Shown here one piece after another: positions 18,806 to 30,496 of a DNA stretch of 64,000 nt. A model generated the notes under the pieces. The model was given only the letters and a program-made list of their open reading frames with translations, was not told the origin of the DNA and did not search any database. The stretch is from Candidatus Latescibacterota bacterium. Its GTDB lineage: Bacteria; Latescibacterota; UBA2968; UBA8231. The position numbers and the translations under genes are program-made. The number at the start of each line of letters is the position of its first letter. The stretch's first letter is position 1. The DNA is taken from positions 1,184,001 to 1,248,000 of the forward strand of contig CBDFJF010000001.1 in NCBI GenBank assembly GCA_965248265.1, read 5' to 3'.

Positions 18806-21394
18806 GTGGCGCGCAAGAAAAAAAGGAAGGGTCGGCCCGGCAAAGCTCGAAATCCACCACCTGTAGCGAAGACCGTTGATCCTGTAGCAGATGCCGTTGA
18901 TCCTGTAGCAGAGCCAGTCCGTCCGACAACCTGGTCAATCAGCGATCGAACAGCGGCAATCGTCCTCGGCGTTGTGTGCGCCGCCGCCTTTTTGTCGCGT
19001 GTCCTGCCCGGCTGGAATCACATCTTCCCGGAATCTGGAGAGGTTCAGCTGCTTGGCGTTGACCCCTATTACCACCTGCGCCACGCTCGTTTCGCCGCCG
19101 ATCATTTCCCGGACCTGATGCGTTGGGACATCGGCACGCACTACCCCACAGGACAACGAGCCCACACGGCCAGTCTTTTCGATCTCGGAATCGCATCGGT
19201 CGCCTATGTAATCGGGTTGGGCGACCCCAGTGAGTGGTTGGTCGACTGCGTAGCGGTATGGACGCCGGCGATCCTGGGTACGCTTTCGTTTGCCCTTCTC
19301 TATCTGCTTGCGCAATCCGTCTTCAGCCGGTTGGCTGCCCTGACGGCGACCGCGGTGTATGTGATGTACCCTGGCACCTCCCTCCACCGTACCCTTTTCG
19401 GCTTCGCCGACCACCATGTCGCGGAGATGGCCCTCGGGTTACTGACAACATGGGGATTGATCCGGTGTCTCCAAACGTGTGAGCGCGCGAGCCCGGGTTG
19501 GCGGCCGTTGTTACCGATTGTTGGCTATGCGTTGCCGGCAGCCCTTCTTGTGTACACCTGGGCAGGGGGGGCGATTTATCTGCTGATTATTCTTGTCATC
19601 CTGTGTGCAGTGAGCGCCGTTGAAATCGCCCACAATCCCGAATCCATGGCAACCGCTCGCGCTTCGCTTCTGTACGGCGGTGTTCTGTTGTCCATGATCG
19701 CGTTGCCAGGCATCATTTGGAGGGATCTGGTGATGGCCGAAGAAAGGTTCCCCCTCACCGTGCTGGGATGCCTGGTCATCGCACTCGTTCCCGCCGTGTA
19801 TGCCTACGCTGCTCGAGCCGTGGTCCGGAAGGCTGGTAACGCCCACCTCGTCGCTATCGCATCATCCGCACTGGTTGCAATCGCCGCCATCGTTTTCGTC
19901 TGGCAGCACCCGCTTGCCAATCAGATGATGTCGTTGCTGTTACAACAAAAAGTCAAAACGCTGGCTGAACATCGCACGGTTGACTGGACGCTGTACTGGA
20001 AACTGTTGGGATCGGGAGGGGTGATAGCTCTGGCTGGATTGCCACTGGCTTTGATTCAATCGATTCGATCGGCAGAGAGACGGTACAGCCTGGTCGCAAT
20101 CTTGATGGGTATGACATGGATCGGCCTCTGGATGAGTGCCAACGACTATGATTATGTGCCACCGATGTTTGTCGCCTTGCTGACGGGTTTTGTCATCGAT
20201 CAGATAATCACCCGTGCTTCGGCTCTCAGAACGGGGGCGATCCGCGTTGTGGCGGTTGCCGTCATAGCCGTCGTCCTGGTGGCCCCGATATGGCCATTCC
20301 AAAGTGTGATAATGCCGTGGGGGAAAAAGAAAGTATTTGACGAGCACCTGGTCATCAACGACGGCTGGACGCAGGCCATGGAGTGGCTGAGGAACGAAAC
20401 GCCAGAGCCATCGGTGGGAATAGATGAGCCTGTCGAACCATGGACCGAGGGTGGCGGCGGGTTCCGCTATCCGCCCGACACCTATGGCGTATTCTGCCCC
20501 TGGGATTTCGGCAACATGATCGCCGCCCTTGGCAAACGAGTCCCTGTATGGAGCCAGTGGACTTCGAAGACGACGGCCGAGTGGCTCTTATGCGAAGACG
20601 AAGTGAAGTCACGTGAGCTGCTCTGCCCGGAGTGTGAAGACGGGGAGCAGGTTCGTTACGTGGTCCTCGAAGCGCGAACCATCGCGAACCATTTTCCGGG
20701 CAAGGTACTCAATACGGGACGTCGATTGGAGGAATACGACTCGCAACGTGCAGATTGGTACGTGATCAGTGAGGAGGAGAAGATCCTTCGTCGCACCTTT
20801 GGCACCCGCTATCGCAACGCGATGGCCGTACGCATGTACGTCGACGATGCCCGTGACCTGGGGCATTACCGGCTGGTTTACGAATCCGCTCATGAAAGCT
20901 ATATCCCCTATTTGCTGGAATACGGCACTCTCCGGTTCAAGCGAGTAGCCTTCAACATTAGTTCGCAAACTAAACGGGAGGAGTATTCCAAGCGCAGTGG
21001 CGTTGGCCACATAGGCAAGACGGACGACCACTGGGAATATGACGGCATCATTACCGGGACGGTAAAAATCTTTGAACACGTGAACGGTGCGCGCCTGCAG
21101 GGAACGGCGGCGGCCAATTCCACCCTCGAGGCTCAACTAACTCTGTACTGTGGACCGGAAGGCGATGAGTTGCAATATAGCCGATCCGTCCAGGCGGGCG
21201 ATGACGGCCGTTTCGAACTCGTCGTCGCCCACGCCACTACGCTTGGCACGGGGGCGTGGAGCTGCTCGTCGAAGGGACCGTACGAGATCTTGATCGCGCC
21301 CCCGGGGAGCCGCAACGTAATCAAATCGGTTAACCTCCTGGTGGAGGATTCGCAGGTCCGCGACGGGGAGACCGTCGATCTGGGCAGGTTGTGA
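18806..21394 (+). CDS. STT3/AglB-type oligosaccharyltransferase (archaeal AglB-like)
   Basis: GVDPYYHLRH, GFADHHVAE, TLAE (TIxE), multi-TM N-terminus, W..AMEWLRNETP, YGVFCPWDFGN (WWDYG variant), LGHYRLVYES, VKIFEHVNGARLQG. Confidence 0.88.
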   Translation: MARKKKRKGRPGKARNPPPVAKTVDPVADAVDPVAEPVRPTTWSISDRTAAIVLGVVCAAAFLSRVLPGWNHIFPESGEVQLLGVDPYYHLRHARFAADHFPDLMRWDIGTHYPTGQRAHTASLFDLGIASVAYVIGLGDPSEWLVDCVAVWTPAILGTLSFALLYLLAQSVFSRLAALTATAVYVMYPGTSLHRTLFGFADHHVAEMALGLLTTWGLIRCLQTCERASPGWRPLLPIVGYALPAALLVYTWAGGAIYLLIILVILCAVSAVEIAHNPESMATARASLLYGGVLLSMIALPGIIWRDLVMAEERFPLTVLGCLVIALVPAVYAYAARAVVRKAGNAHLVAIASSALVAIAAIVFVWQHPLANQMMSLLLQQKVKTLAEHRTVDWTLYWKLLGSGGVIALAGLPLALIQSIRSAERRYSLVAILMGMTWIGLWMSANDYDYVPPMFVALLTGFVIDQIITRASALRTGAIRVVAVAVIAVVLVAPIWPFQSVIMPWGKKKVFDEHLVINDGWTQAMEWLRNETPEPSVGIDEPVEPWTEGGGGFRYPPDTYGVFCPWDFGNMIAALGKRVPVWSQWTSKTTAEWLLCEDEVKSRELLCPECEDGEQVRYVVLEARTIANHFPGKVLNTGRRLEEYDSQRADWYVISEEEKILRRTFGTRYRNAMAVRMYVDDARDLGHYRLVYESAHESYIPYLLEYGTLRFKRVAFNISSQTKREEYSKRSGVGHIGKTDDHWEYDGIITGTVKIFEHVNGARLQGTAAANSTLEAQLTLYCGPEGDELQYSRSVQAGDDGRFELVVAHATTLGTGAWSCSSKGPYEILIAPPGSRNVIKSVNLLVEDSQVRDGETVDLGRL
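18860..18915. repeat. 21-bp tandem duplication in the AglB N-terminal linker (PVAKTVD-PVADAVD-PVAE)
   Basis: cctgtagcgaagaccgttgat / cctgtagcagatgccgttgat / cctgtagcagagcc. Confidence 0.8.
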
Positions 21395-21397
21395 CTC

Positions 21398-22213
21398 ATG
21401 TCCGTAACCACCATTGACGGAAGCCCGCTATCCGCCCTTGGACTTAGCGGCAATCCGGAGATAGAGATTGACTGCGTGCCGGCCGCAGCTGCTGCCGGTA
21501 TCAATTGGTTCTTTTTTTATGACAAGACCTCCACGAACCTCATCGAAGGCCTTGTCCCACTGATGCAGTCCGAACGCAACCGCCTGTTCGTAGCCACCGG
21601 TTCCGAATCCCGCGACCGCAGCACGCTCGAGCGCTACCTGGATGAGATACGGCTGCGCCTCCGGATCGATGTCATCGATCTGTTCCTGGCCGAGTACGTC
21701 AATCCAAAGGATGATATGGATGGATTGCTGGATCATGGTGGCGTACTCGACCTGTTGGCTGAATGGAAGCGTCAGGGAAGGATCAGGTACACCGGCGCTT
21801 CGGCTCACGACCGCGACCTCGCCGTCCAACTCATCCGCAGCGGCAAGATCGACCTGCTCATGCACCGCTATAACATGGCCCACAGGAAGTCCGAAGAGCA
21901 GGTCATGCCCGAGGCTCAGCGTGCAGGCGTGCCCGTCCTCGGATTCACTGCGACGCGGTGGGGCACCCTGCTGGAGGGCCATCCCGAATGGGACGGCACC
22001 GTGCCTGATGCTGCCGATTGTTACCGCTTCGTGCTCGCGGACCCGGCGGTGCTGGCGACCTTCACCTCTCCCGCCACGGCGTCTCAGCTACACGATAACC
22101 TCTCCGTGCTGGAGAGACGGATGATAACACCGGCCGAGCGCGAGGAATGGGAGCGGTACGGCGCTCTCGTGTACGGTGAGGGCGGCGACAGCTTCGAAAC
22201 CGATTGGCCGTGA
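21398..22213 (+). CDS. Aldo/keto reductase family protein
   Basis: LRLRIDVIDLF, GRIRYTGASAH, MHRYNMAHR, CYRFVL. Confidence 0.88.
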   Translation: MSVTTIDGSPLSALGLSGNPEIEIDCVPAAAAAGINWFFFYDKTSTNLIEGLVPLMQSERNRLFVATGSESRDRSTLERYLDEIRLRLRIDVIDLFLAEYVNPKDDMDGLLDHGGVLDLLAEWKRQGRIRYTGASAHDRDLAVQLIRSGKIDLLMHRYNMAHRKSEEQVMPEAQRAGVPVLGFTATRWGTLLEGHPEWDGTVPDAADCYRFVLADPAVLATFTSPATASQLHDNLSVLERRMITPAEREEWERYGALVYGEGGDSFETDWP

Positions 22214-22262
22214 TCACGGCGGACAAGCTGGACCGCGTTGCCTGATCCGTAGGGCGGCCCGC

Positions 22263-23882
<1,620 letters not shown>

Positions 23883-23986
23883 GGTGTTTCCTCATTCGGA
23901 GAAACAGCGCGGATTCGAAGCCGGTTACAACATTGGTCGATCGGCAGTAATGTACTTGCGGGTCTGAACCTGACAAGGTCGGCGCA

Positions 23987-24994
23987 TCAGCTCACTCGCG
24001 GCATCACCCTGTCGGCGAACAGGCGCATCGAAGCAGCCACTTCACGGTGGGCCATCCCCCCCCAGCGGAACCAGCCCAGAATCTCGCCGCCACCGACCTC
24101 GGCGACATGGTTGATCTCGTCGACGACGCGTTCGGGGCATCCGGCGATCATTCGTTGAGCGAGAAACTCTGACACCTGCTCGTCAACCTGTTTGTCTGTG
24201 ACTTCCGTGAAGGCGAGTTGGTTACGCATCCGCACCAGCCACACCGAATGCTCGCGCGCCAGTCGGCGCGCCTCGTCATCATCGTCAGCCACGTAGATCG
24301 TCCGCATCACACCGGTCTGCGCCAGGCGGCGGTTCACCTCGGCCTCTGACTGCCCCACGGCGGCGGCAGCTTCGCGGTAAACCTTCAGCAAGTTCTCGAT
24401 CTGGTCAGACGCGACCAGCAATAACAGCCGCAACGCTAATTTCGCCACCTGGGTCACCGAGGCCGGGCTTCCCGCGGCAATGGCGATGGGAGGGTGGGGA
24501 CGTTGGTACGGCTTCGGCAGCACGGACACGTTGTCGAAGTCGTAGTACTGACCGTGATAACTGAATTCTTCCTCGCGCCAGGCTTTCAGAACAACCTCTG
24601 TTCCCTCACGATGCCGCTCGTGCCGCTCATCCAGAGGCACTCCGTAAAGATCGAACTCGTATGGCGCGTACCCCGGACCGAAGCCGGCGATGACTCTACC
24701 ATTGCTGAGTTGATCCACGAAAGCGACCTCCTCGGCCAGTCGCAGTGGGTGATGAAGCGGAGTGACGTTGACGGCGTAGCCGATCTTTACCCGTTGCGTG
24801 CGCATGGCCACGGCGGCACCCAGAACGGAAGCCGAGGCGCACAGGCCAAATCGGGAAGAGTGGTGTTCGGCAAGCCACACTGTATTGAACCCCATCGACT
24901 CGGCCAGATCAACCTCTTTCAGAGTCTCGTGGATAACATCGTGTGCCGTCGTCCCCTCCGGCATCGGCAGTATGTGGAAGGTACCGAACTTCAT
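23987..24994 (-). CDS. LLM-class (luciferase-like) flavin-dependent oxidoreductase
   Basis: MKFG, WLAEHH, HHPLRLAEE..DQLSNGR, PKPYQRPHPPI. Confidence 0.92.
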   Translation of the reverse strand: MKFGTFHILPMPEGTTAHDVIHETLKEVDLAESMGFNTVWLAEHHSSRFGLCASASVLGAAVAMRTQRVKIGYAVNVTPLHHPLRLAEEVAFVDQLSNGRVIAGFGPGYAPYEFDLYGVPLDERHERHREGTEVVLKAWREEEFSYHGQYYDFDNVSVLPKPYQRPHPPIAIAAGSPASVTQVAKLALRLLLLVASDQIENLLKVYREAAAAVGQSEAEVNRRLAQTGVMRTIYVADDDDEARRLAREHSVWLVRMRNQLAFTEVTDKQVDEQVSEFLAQRMIAGCPERVVDEINHVAEVGGGEILGWFRWGGMAHREVAASMRLFADRVMPRVS

Positions 24995-25160
24995 GATAGG
25001 AGCCTGTCCGAGTATTCGCTTTGAAGGCGAGGGAGCGTCATTGTCGTCGATGGCAAGGCGCGTGAGCGATCTGAATTTATGAATTCAGAGAGTGAAACGG
25101 AACGCAGGCAGCGGCGGCAATGACGCTCCCGCAGCCCAAATGGGATACTCGGACAGGCTC

Positions 25161-26444
25161 CTAATGCGAGACGACGGCCTCCAGCGACTCCCGCGCCGCC
25201 TCCAGCGTGCGGTCGATATCATCGTTCGAGTGGACGAACGACAGGTACAACTTGCCACCCGGATTGCAGAGGATACCCCGCTTGAGCATCTCGATACCCC
25301 AGAGGCGCGCCATGGCAGCGTCGGCCTGCAAACTGTCGATGTGGTTGAGAATCGTCGCTTCGGTGAAGAATGGCTGCAGGACCGGTCCGTCCCCCAATAC
25401 CTGAAGCGGCACCCCCATGTCGGCACCGATCGCCTCTAGCCCCTGACTCAGTCGATCTGCCACTTCGTACAAACGCAGGTACACGCCGTCTTTGGCCAAC
25501 TCATCCAGGCAGGCGAGACCCGCCGCGGCGCCGATCGGATTGCCGTTCACGGTGCCGCTGACGAAGGCGTACTCCTGCCCCTGCCCTTTTCGACGTGGGT
25601 CGCCGCAGTCGAGAATGTCGGCTCGTCCGCACACGGCCGCGATCGGGTAACCGCCACTGATGGTCTTGCCGTAGGTGGCAATGTCAGGGATGACGCCGTA
25701 GCGTTCCTGAGCTCCCCCCCATGCAAGACGGAAACCGGTAACGATCTCGTCGAATATGAGGGCAATTCCATGTCGGCTGGTCGATTCCCGCAGGGCCTCC
25801 AGGAATCCGGGCTGTGGGCGGACCGTGCGCTGCAACGGCTCGACCATGACGGCGGCGATGTCGTCAGCCTCCGCGTCAATCAGACGGAGTGCGGTTTCGG
25901 TATCATTGAACGGGGATACCAGTACGCTGGCGCCAACGGCACTTGGGATGCCGGCGCAATCCGGCACTGCTTCTGGATAATGGGCAGGCTCTGTGGGTGT
26001 TGTTCCCTGCTGCGCGTAGTCATGCCCGCCATGCCATCCACCCTCGAATTTGAGGATCTTCTCTCGCCCGCTTCGGGCACGCGCCATCCTCAAGGCAGCG
26101 AAGGTCGCCTCCGTCCCCGACGACACGAAGCGGATCCGTTCGCCGCAGGGAGCCGCCTCGACGACGCGCTCGGCAAGGTTGATCGTCGGCGCGCTTGGCA
26201 CATAAAAGGTCGATCCCAGCGCAGCCTGCCGTTGCACGGCTTCGACGACAGCCGGGTGGGCGTGGCCGAGAATCATCGGGCCTGAGCCCAGGATGTAATC
26301 GATGTACTCGCGGCCGTCGACGTCGAACACCTTCGAGCCCTCGCCGCGCCCGATGACAGTGGCGACCTCCTCCGGCAGCCGAAAACTGCCCAGACATCCT
26401 CCGACCAGGTACCGATCGGCTTTCTCGAGTAGCGATTGTAGCAT
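25161..26444 (-). CDS. Class III PLP aminotransferase (GSA-aminomutase-like)
   Basis: DVDGREYIDY, GHAHP, SSGTEA, LIFDEIVTGFR, YGKTISGG. It lacks the HemL PGGVNSPVR N-terminus. Confidence 0.9.
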   Translation of the reverse strand: MLQSLLEKADRYLVGGCLGSFRLPEEVATVIGRGEGSKVFDVDGREYIDYILGSGPMILGHAHPAVVEAVQRQAALGSTFYVPSAPTINLAERVVEAAPCGERIRFVSSGTEATFAALRMARARSGREKILKFEGGWHGGHDYAQQGTTPTEPAHYPEAVPDCAGIPSAVGASVLVSPFNDTETALRLIDAEADDIAAVMVEPLQRTVRPQPGFLEALRESTSRHGIALIFDEIVTGFRLAWGGAQERYGVIPDIATYGKTISGGYPIAAVCGRADILDCGDPRRKGQGQEYAFVSGTVNGNPIGAAAGLACLDELAKDGVYLRLYEVADRLSQGLEAIGADMGVPLQVLGDGPVLQPFFTEATILNHIDSLQADAAMARLWGIEMLKRGILCNPGGKLYLSFVHSNDDIDRTLEAARESLEAVVSH

Positions 26445-26454
26445 GCAGAATCCT

Positions 26455-27213
26455 CTATTTGTTGCCCCGCGCGTGACCACCACGCGTGAGATAGTCGTAG
26501 CTCTTGATGACCGCCTCCATCATGTCCGTTTCACAGCGATCGAGTTCGACGATCCACCAGTCGACGTTATCGCCTCCCGCAGCGATGAGGCCGTCGACGT
26601 CGGTGACACCATCGCCCAATGCCTGCATGTCCCTCTCGAGATCGCAGGGTCCGTCTTTGACATGGACGAGTGGAGTTCGTGGGCCCAGTTCACGGAGGAT
26701 GGGCACGGGATCCGCGCCCGCCGTCTGCACCCAGTAGGCATCAAGCTGGAAAAGTACCTCATCGTCAAGGTCTTCCAGCAGATGCTTGTACCCGAGTGCA
26801 CCCTCGACCTCCTGAAACTCCCACCAGTGATTATGGATTACGAAGGACAGGCCGGCTTGTTTACAGACATCGACGGCCTCGTTGAAGCGATGGGCCGTGG
26901 CCTTGATACTCTCCCGGCTACTGAAGTCGTCCGGTCCGCAGCCTGAGACGAGGCGCTCAATACCCAGGGTGGCCGCGGTGTCGAGAGATTCCTGACGCTT
27001 GTCCCCTACCGGCAACGGCAGGTGAGCGCTGCAGACGTCGAGGCCAAGATCTGCGAACAGCTTCGCCGCTGCTTCGGGCGTTGTGCCGGGAAAGCCGGCG
27101 GTCTCGACGCCGACGTAGCCGATTTCGGCCGCCCGCCGGGTGATAAAATCAAAACCTTGGAGTGCAGCGGTTTCTCGCAGGGTGTACAGTTGCAGTGCGA
27201 TGGGTGCTGGCAT
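26455..27213 (-). CDS. Sugar phosphate isomerase/epimerase (xylose isomerase-like TIM barrel)
   Basis: ALQLYTLR, HNHWWEF, QLDAYW, VHVKD, VELD. Confidence 0.9.
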   Translation of the reverse strand: MPAPIALQLYTLRETAALQGFDFITRRAAEIGYVGVETAGFPGTTPEAAAKLFADLGLDVCSAHLPLPVGDKRQESLDTAATLGIERLVSGCGPDDFSSRESIKATAHRFNEAVDVCKQAGLSFVIHNHWWEFQEVEGALGYKHLLEDLDDEVLFQLDAYWVQTAGADPVPILRELGPRTPLVHVKDGPCDLERDMQALGDGVTDVDGLIAAGGDNVDWWIVELDRCETDMMEAVIKSYDYLTRGGHARGNK

Positions 27214-27244
27214 GGAGATTCTCCTGTCCCCCAGTGCTGGATCC

Positions 27245-27373
27245 GGCCAGCTCACGTCCTGAAACACCCGACTCCCCCGGACCAAAGTAGCTTTCATCGG
27301 TCCCGATCTTGAGGATGAATTGATTGCGGCAGTTGACGAACGTGGGGTAGGATCTGATGTCGGTGATTTCCAT
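27245..27373 (-). pseudogene. 5' fragment of a mandelate racemase/galactonate dehydratase (DgoD-like) enolase
   Basis: MEITDIRSYPTFVNCRNQFILKIGTDESYFGPGESGVSGRELA matches the N-terminal capping domain. Homology ends after 43 codons. Confidence 0.7.
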
Positions 27374-27499
27374 GGTCAGGTGACAACCTAAGGCTTGAGT
27401 GCGGCGCGGCAAGCTTGACCCGCATTCGGCGAGGCCCATATACTCGCGCGACACCATGGGAGCGGATCGCTGGAACGCGGATCGCAGGAGAGCGGATCG

Positions 27500-27931
27500 A
27501 TGAGCTGGCTCAAACGCTTGATGTTGGGCACCCCCTCGGGGTCGGCGAAGAAGGACACTGGACCCACCCCTTCCACGGTCGCAGATTCCGCCTACGAAAA
27601 AACCGCCACCGGGTTGGAGTACTACGACATCAAGGTGGGTGCGGGTGCGGTTCCCTCCAAGGGCGCACAGGTCAAGGTCCACTACAGCGGATGGTTGACC
27701 AGCGGCAAACGCTTCGACAGCTCCGTCGTCAGAGGCAAACCCTTCAGCTTCATGGTCGGGCGTCGCAAGGTGATCAAGGGCTGGGATGAGGGGGTGATGT
27801 CGATGAAGGTCGGTGGCGTACGGCAGTTGAGGGTACCGCCGGCTCTCGGTTACGGCGCTCGTGGCGACCCGCCGGTCATACCCGTGAACGCGACCCTCAT
27901 TTTTGAAATAGAACTCCTCGAAATCGGATAG
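27500..27931 (+). CDS. FKBP-type peptidyl-prolyl isomerase
   Basis: VHYSGWL, FDSS, VIKGWDEG, LGYG, IP.NATLIFEIEL. Confidence 0.96.
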   Translation: MSWLKRLMLGTPSGSAKKDTGPTPSTVADSAYEKTATGLEYYDIKVGAGAVPSKGAQVKVHYSGWLTSGKRFDSSVVRGKPFSFMVGRRKVIKGWDEGVMSMKVGGVRQLRVPPALGYGARGDPPVIPVNATLIFEIELLEIG

Positions 27932-28171
27932 TTGTTGGGGTGAGGCGATCTACACACGGCCACCTATCCCGATTCGTCCCGCCCTGCCGAGCTGCTCCTG
28001 CCAGAGCTTGGCGCCCACCACAACCCGCCACCAACGACCTGGAGCAAACTCGGCCGTTCGGCGTAGAATGATACCCGCCAGTACGGAAAACAGGACGGCA
28101 AGAATATTGCATGATTGCCGTTGGCGCCCGGACCGTAATGGCGAAAAGGGCGTAGGCCAGTGTGCCAAGGA

Positions 28172-28816
28172 TCAGGAGAAGCATGGATACTCCTCTGGCA
28201 TCAGTATGCCATCGTCCCCGCCTATCATCTCTCCGGCCCCAAGCAGAAACCACATGCCCGCGAGTGCGGCACTGGCCGCGTCTAGTTCGTGAGCACTGGC
28301 AGATCTCGTCAGCCCGCGAAGGCCCAGACGCCGCAGACCGCGCAGCAACCCGGCCAGGTCGTGGTGCTGCCGTGGAATCCCCCACGTATCCTGGGCGGCC
28401 CCGGGATAGCATTCGACCGCGACATGACCGAGCGACTCCATCTGTTTTTTCAGGTTCAGCCCGCGCTCGGTCAACATCCGCATCGGCCCTAACGTGATCG
28501 GAAAGAAGCGGATGCCGCGCTGTTGCAGCACGCGATCGCATGGCCTCAAATGCTCGCCGCTCCGATCGTGAATGGACCGGCGGCCGGGCGGCAGACTCAA
28601 CGGTGCATCGATCGGAATCAAATCGGCGTCGCAATCACGCACCCAACCCATCAGCTCATCATCGCTGAATGCCAGGTGCGTCTGGGCCTGGTCTCCGGCC
28701 AGAATACACACTCCGGTGGGTCGGCGCGGCGATCCGGCCAGGTCGATCCCCAGCACTACCAGCTCAGTGTTTGAGATACAGGTGGCCCTTGCTCTCTGCT
28801 GGTCTCTCCCCGTCAC
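28172..28816 (-). CDS. DUF429 family (RNase H-fold) protein
   Basis: GIDLAGSPRRPTGVC, IDAPLSLP, RPCD, VECYPG, HELDA. The start is uncertain. Confidence 0.8.
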   Translation of the reverse strand: MTGRDQQRARATCISNTELVVLGIDLAGSPRRPTGVCILAGDQAQTHLAFSDDELMGWVRDCDADLIPIDAPLSLPPGRRSIHDRSGEHLRPCDRVLQQRGIRFFPITLGPMRMLTERGLNLKKQMESLGHVAVECYPGAAQDTWGIPRQHHDLAGLLRGLRRLGLRGLTRSASAHELDAASAALAGMWFLLGAGEMIGGDDGILMPEEYPCFS

Positions 28817-28852
28817 CAGCGGATATTTTCCTGCACCGGGTTGTGCCAGACC

Positions 28853-29257
28853 CTATTCAATGGTGAATCTCAACTTTCGAGCGGGTTTTTCGTGCAAATG
28901 CCCATGCCCGGGAACGGCGATGCCGACTCGGACGGATGGACCATCGCCCTTGGGGAAGATCTGGTGGAAGGTGAGGGCCGGCACGAAGACGAAGTCCCCC
29001 GCCTTGGCCTCGACCGGTCGATCTTCGCGGCCTTCGATCACCCAGTCGATCTTCCCTTCCATGACGACCCACCACTCGTCGTAGGTATGGCAGTGTCGAT
29101 CGTTCTCCTGGCCGGCATCCTGGTGAATGACGACAGCTCTGAGGTTGTCCGTCAACACAACAGAATGACTCCACGGAGGGAGTCCCATCTCCGCTTTTAT
29201 TTTTTCGAGACTGATATTGTTGAGGGTGGCGCTCAGAATTGGGTCTGCAAGAGACAT
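28853..29257 (-). CDS. Cupin domain protein
   Basis: HCHTYDEWW...GDFVFVPALTFH cupin motifs. Confidence 0.88.
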   Translation of the reverse strand: MSLADPILSATLNNISLEKIKAEMGLPPWSHSVVLTDNLRAVVIHQDAGQENDRHCHTYDEWWVVMEGKIDWVIEGREDRPVEAKAGDFVFVPALTFHQIFPKGDGPSVRVGIAVPGHGHLHEKPARKLRFTIE

Positions 29258-29269
29258 TCGGATCTCCTT

Positions 29270-30355
29270 TTACGATACATGGGGTACAGCGACACCCAGT
29301 TGATTGGCCAGCTGCGTCAATTCCAACCACAGTGAATCCGGCAGATCGATTCCCTCCACCAGACGACGCTGCCGCGTTTCCTCTTCGATTTCGCCAGGGC
29401 AGTAGACTCTGTTGACGCCGGGCAAAGGCCGGGCAGAACTGACCCACGCGGCCAGGTCTTCAACCTCGCTCTCGTAGGTCTCCAGATCGGTGAACGCGCT
29501 GATGTCGATGGCCAGCACCATGACGCCGCCACCCCTATCCCCGCCAGCATTGGTGCATCCAGCCCCGGACAGCGGTCCCACCATCATCTCCACCATCATC
29601 GCCAGGCCGAAACCCTTATGACCGAACTGAGCGCCGCCAAGTGGCGGTATCGCGGTCTCATCCGCATCGTGGTACCGGTTCGGGTCGGTGACATCGGCAC
29701 CCTCATGGTCAATCAACCAGCCGCCCGGCAGCGCTTCGTCGCGGGCGATCTTCTGTTCGATCTTGCCGCCGGCCACCGTGCTCATGGTCATGTCCAGCAT
29801 GAAGGGGGGAAGGCCATTTCGCCGTGGCGCTGAGAACGCGATGGGCTCGGGTCGCAGCCGGCGATCGGCGCTGCCGTGCGGCGGCAGAAATATCCCGCCC
29901 CCATTGTGCCAGACCATGCCGAGCATGCCTTGTACAGCAATCAGCGGCGGAAAAGCGCCGAGACGACCGATATGCCCGACGTTGCGCAGGCAAACGCACC
30001 CGAACGTCGCCTCCCGTGCCTTGTCGACGACAATCTCCACCGCCTTCGTCAACGCGATGATGCCGTGGGCGCCCTTGCCGTCGATGATCGTCATGCAAGG
30101 GTTGTCACGCACGACCTCACGCTCTTCCCAACGCACGTAGTTATTGATCATGTCGTCGGCGAGGCGGGCCAGGAAGAAAACACCATGCGAATCGTGACCA
30201 CTCAGGTGACTGTCGACGTAGTGATCACCGATAGTCAGGGCATCTTCGGCAGGGATTCCGGTTGCGGCGGCAACATCGCAGGTGAATCGGCGCAGTATTG
30301 GTTCGGAGACGGTAGGCATGCTGTCCCTATCTGGATTCGGCGCGTTTTGCTGCAC
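29270..30355 (-). CDS. Ldh_2 family (malate/lactate/ureidoglycolate-type) NAD(P)H oxidoreductase
   Basis: GHDSHG, GHIGRLG, LDM, GHKGFGL, PGEIE. The start may be a few codons downstream. Confidence 0.92.
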   Translation of the reverse strand: MQQNAPNPDRDSMPTVSEPILRRFTCDVAAATGIPAEDALTIGDHYVDSHLSGHDSHGVFFLARLADDMINNYVRWEEREVVRDNPCMTIIDGKGAHGIIALTKAVEIVVDKAREATFGCVCLRNVGHIGRLGAFPPLIAVQGMLGMVWHNGGGIFLPPHGSADRRLRPEPIAFSAPRRNGLPPFMLDMTMSTVAGGKIEQKIARDEALPGGWLIDHEGADVTDPNRYHDADETAIPPLGGAQFGHKGFGLAMMVEMMVGPLSGAGCTNAGGDRGGGVMVLAIDISAFTDLETYESEVEDLAAWVSSARPLPGVNRVYCPGEIEEETRQRRLVEGIDLPDSLWLELTQLANQLGVAVPHVS

Positions 30356-30440
30356 GGGTCGACTACAATGCGCGCCCCAAATTAGACAACACCTGTTCGG
30401 ACCTCAAACCTGCGCGCAGACACCATCCCTCTGAGTGCAT

Positions 30441-30496
30441 GTTTCCCCCGAGGAATATCCGTTGACTCAGACGAATATTCTTAATACCCTCTATAT
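30441..30496 (+). promoter_or_regulatory. Putative sigma70 promoter of a leaderless XRE gene with two tandem operator-like boxes
   Basis: TTGACT (30462)-17 bp-TACCCT (30485)-6 bp-ATG (30497). The 18-mers gtttcccccgaggaatat (30441) and gttgactcagacgaatat (30461) are 13/18 identical. Confidence 0.5.

Noticed and set aside
25161-26444. Calling this gene hemL
   Set aside because: It lacks the HemL N-terminal PGGVNSPVR and has no tetrapyrrole context.
27950-28190. Possible EamA/DMT transporter remnant (LGTLAYALF, AVLFSVLAGIIL)
   Set aside because: Short hydrophobic pieces in different frames cannot be supported without a search.
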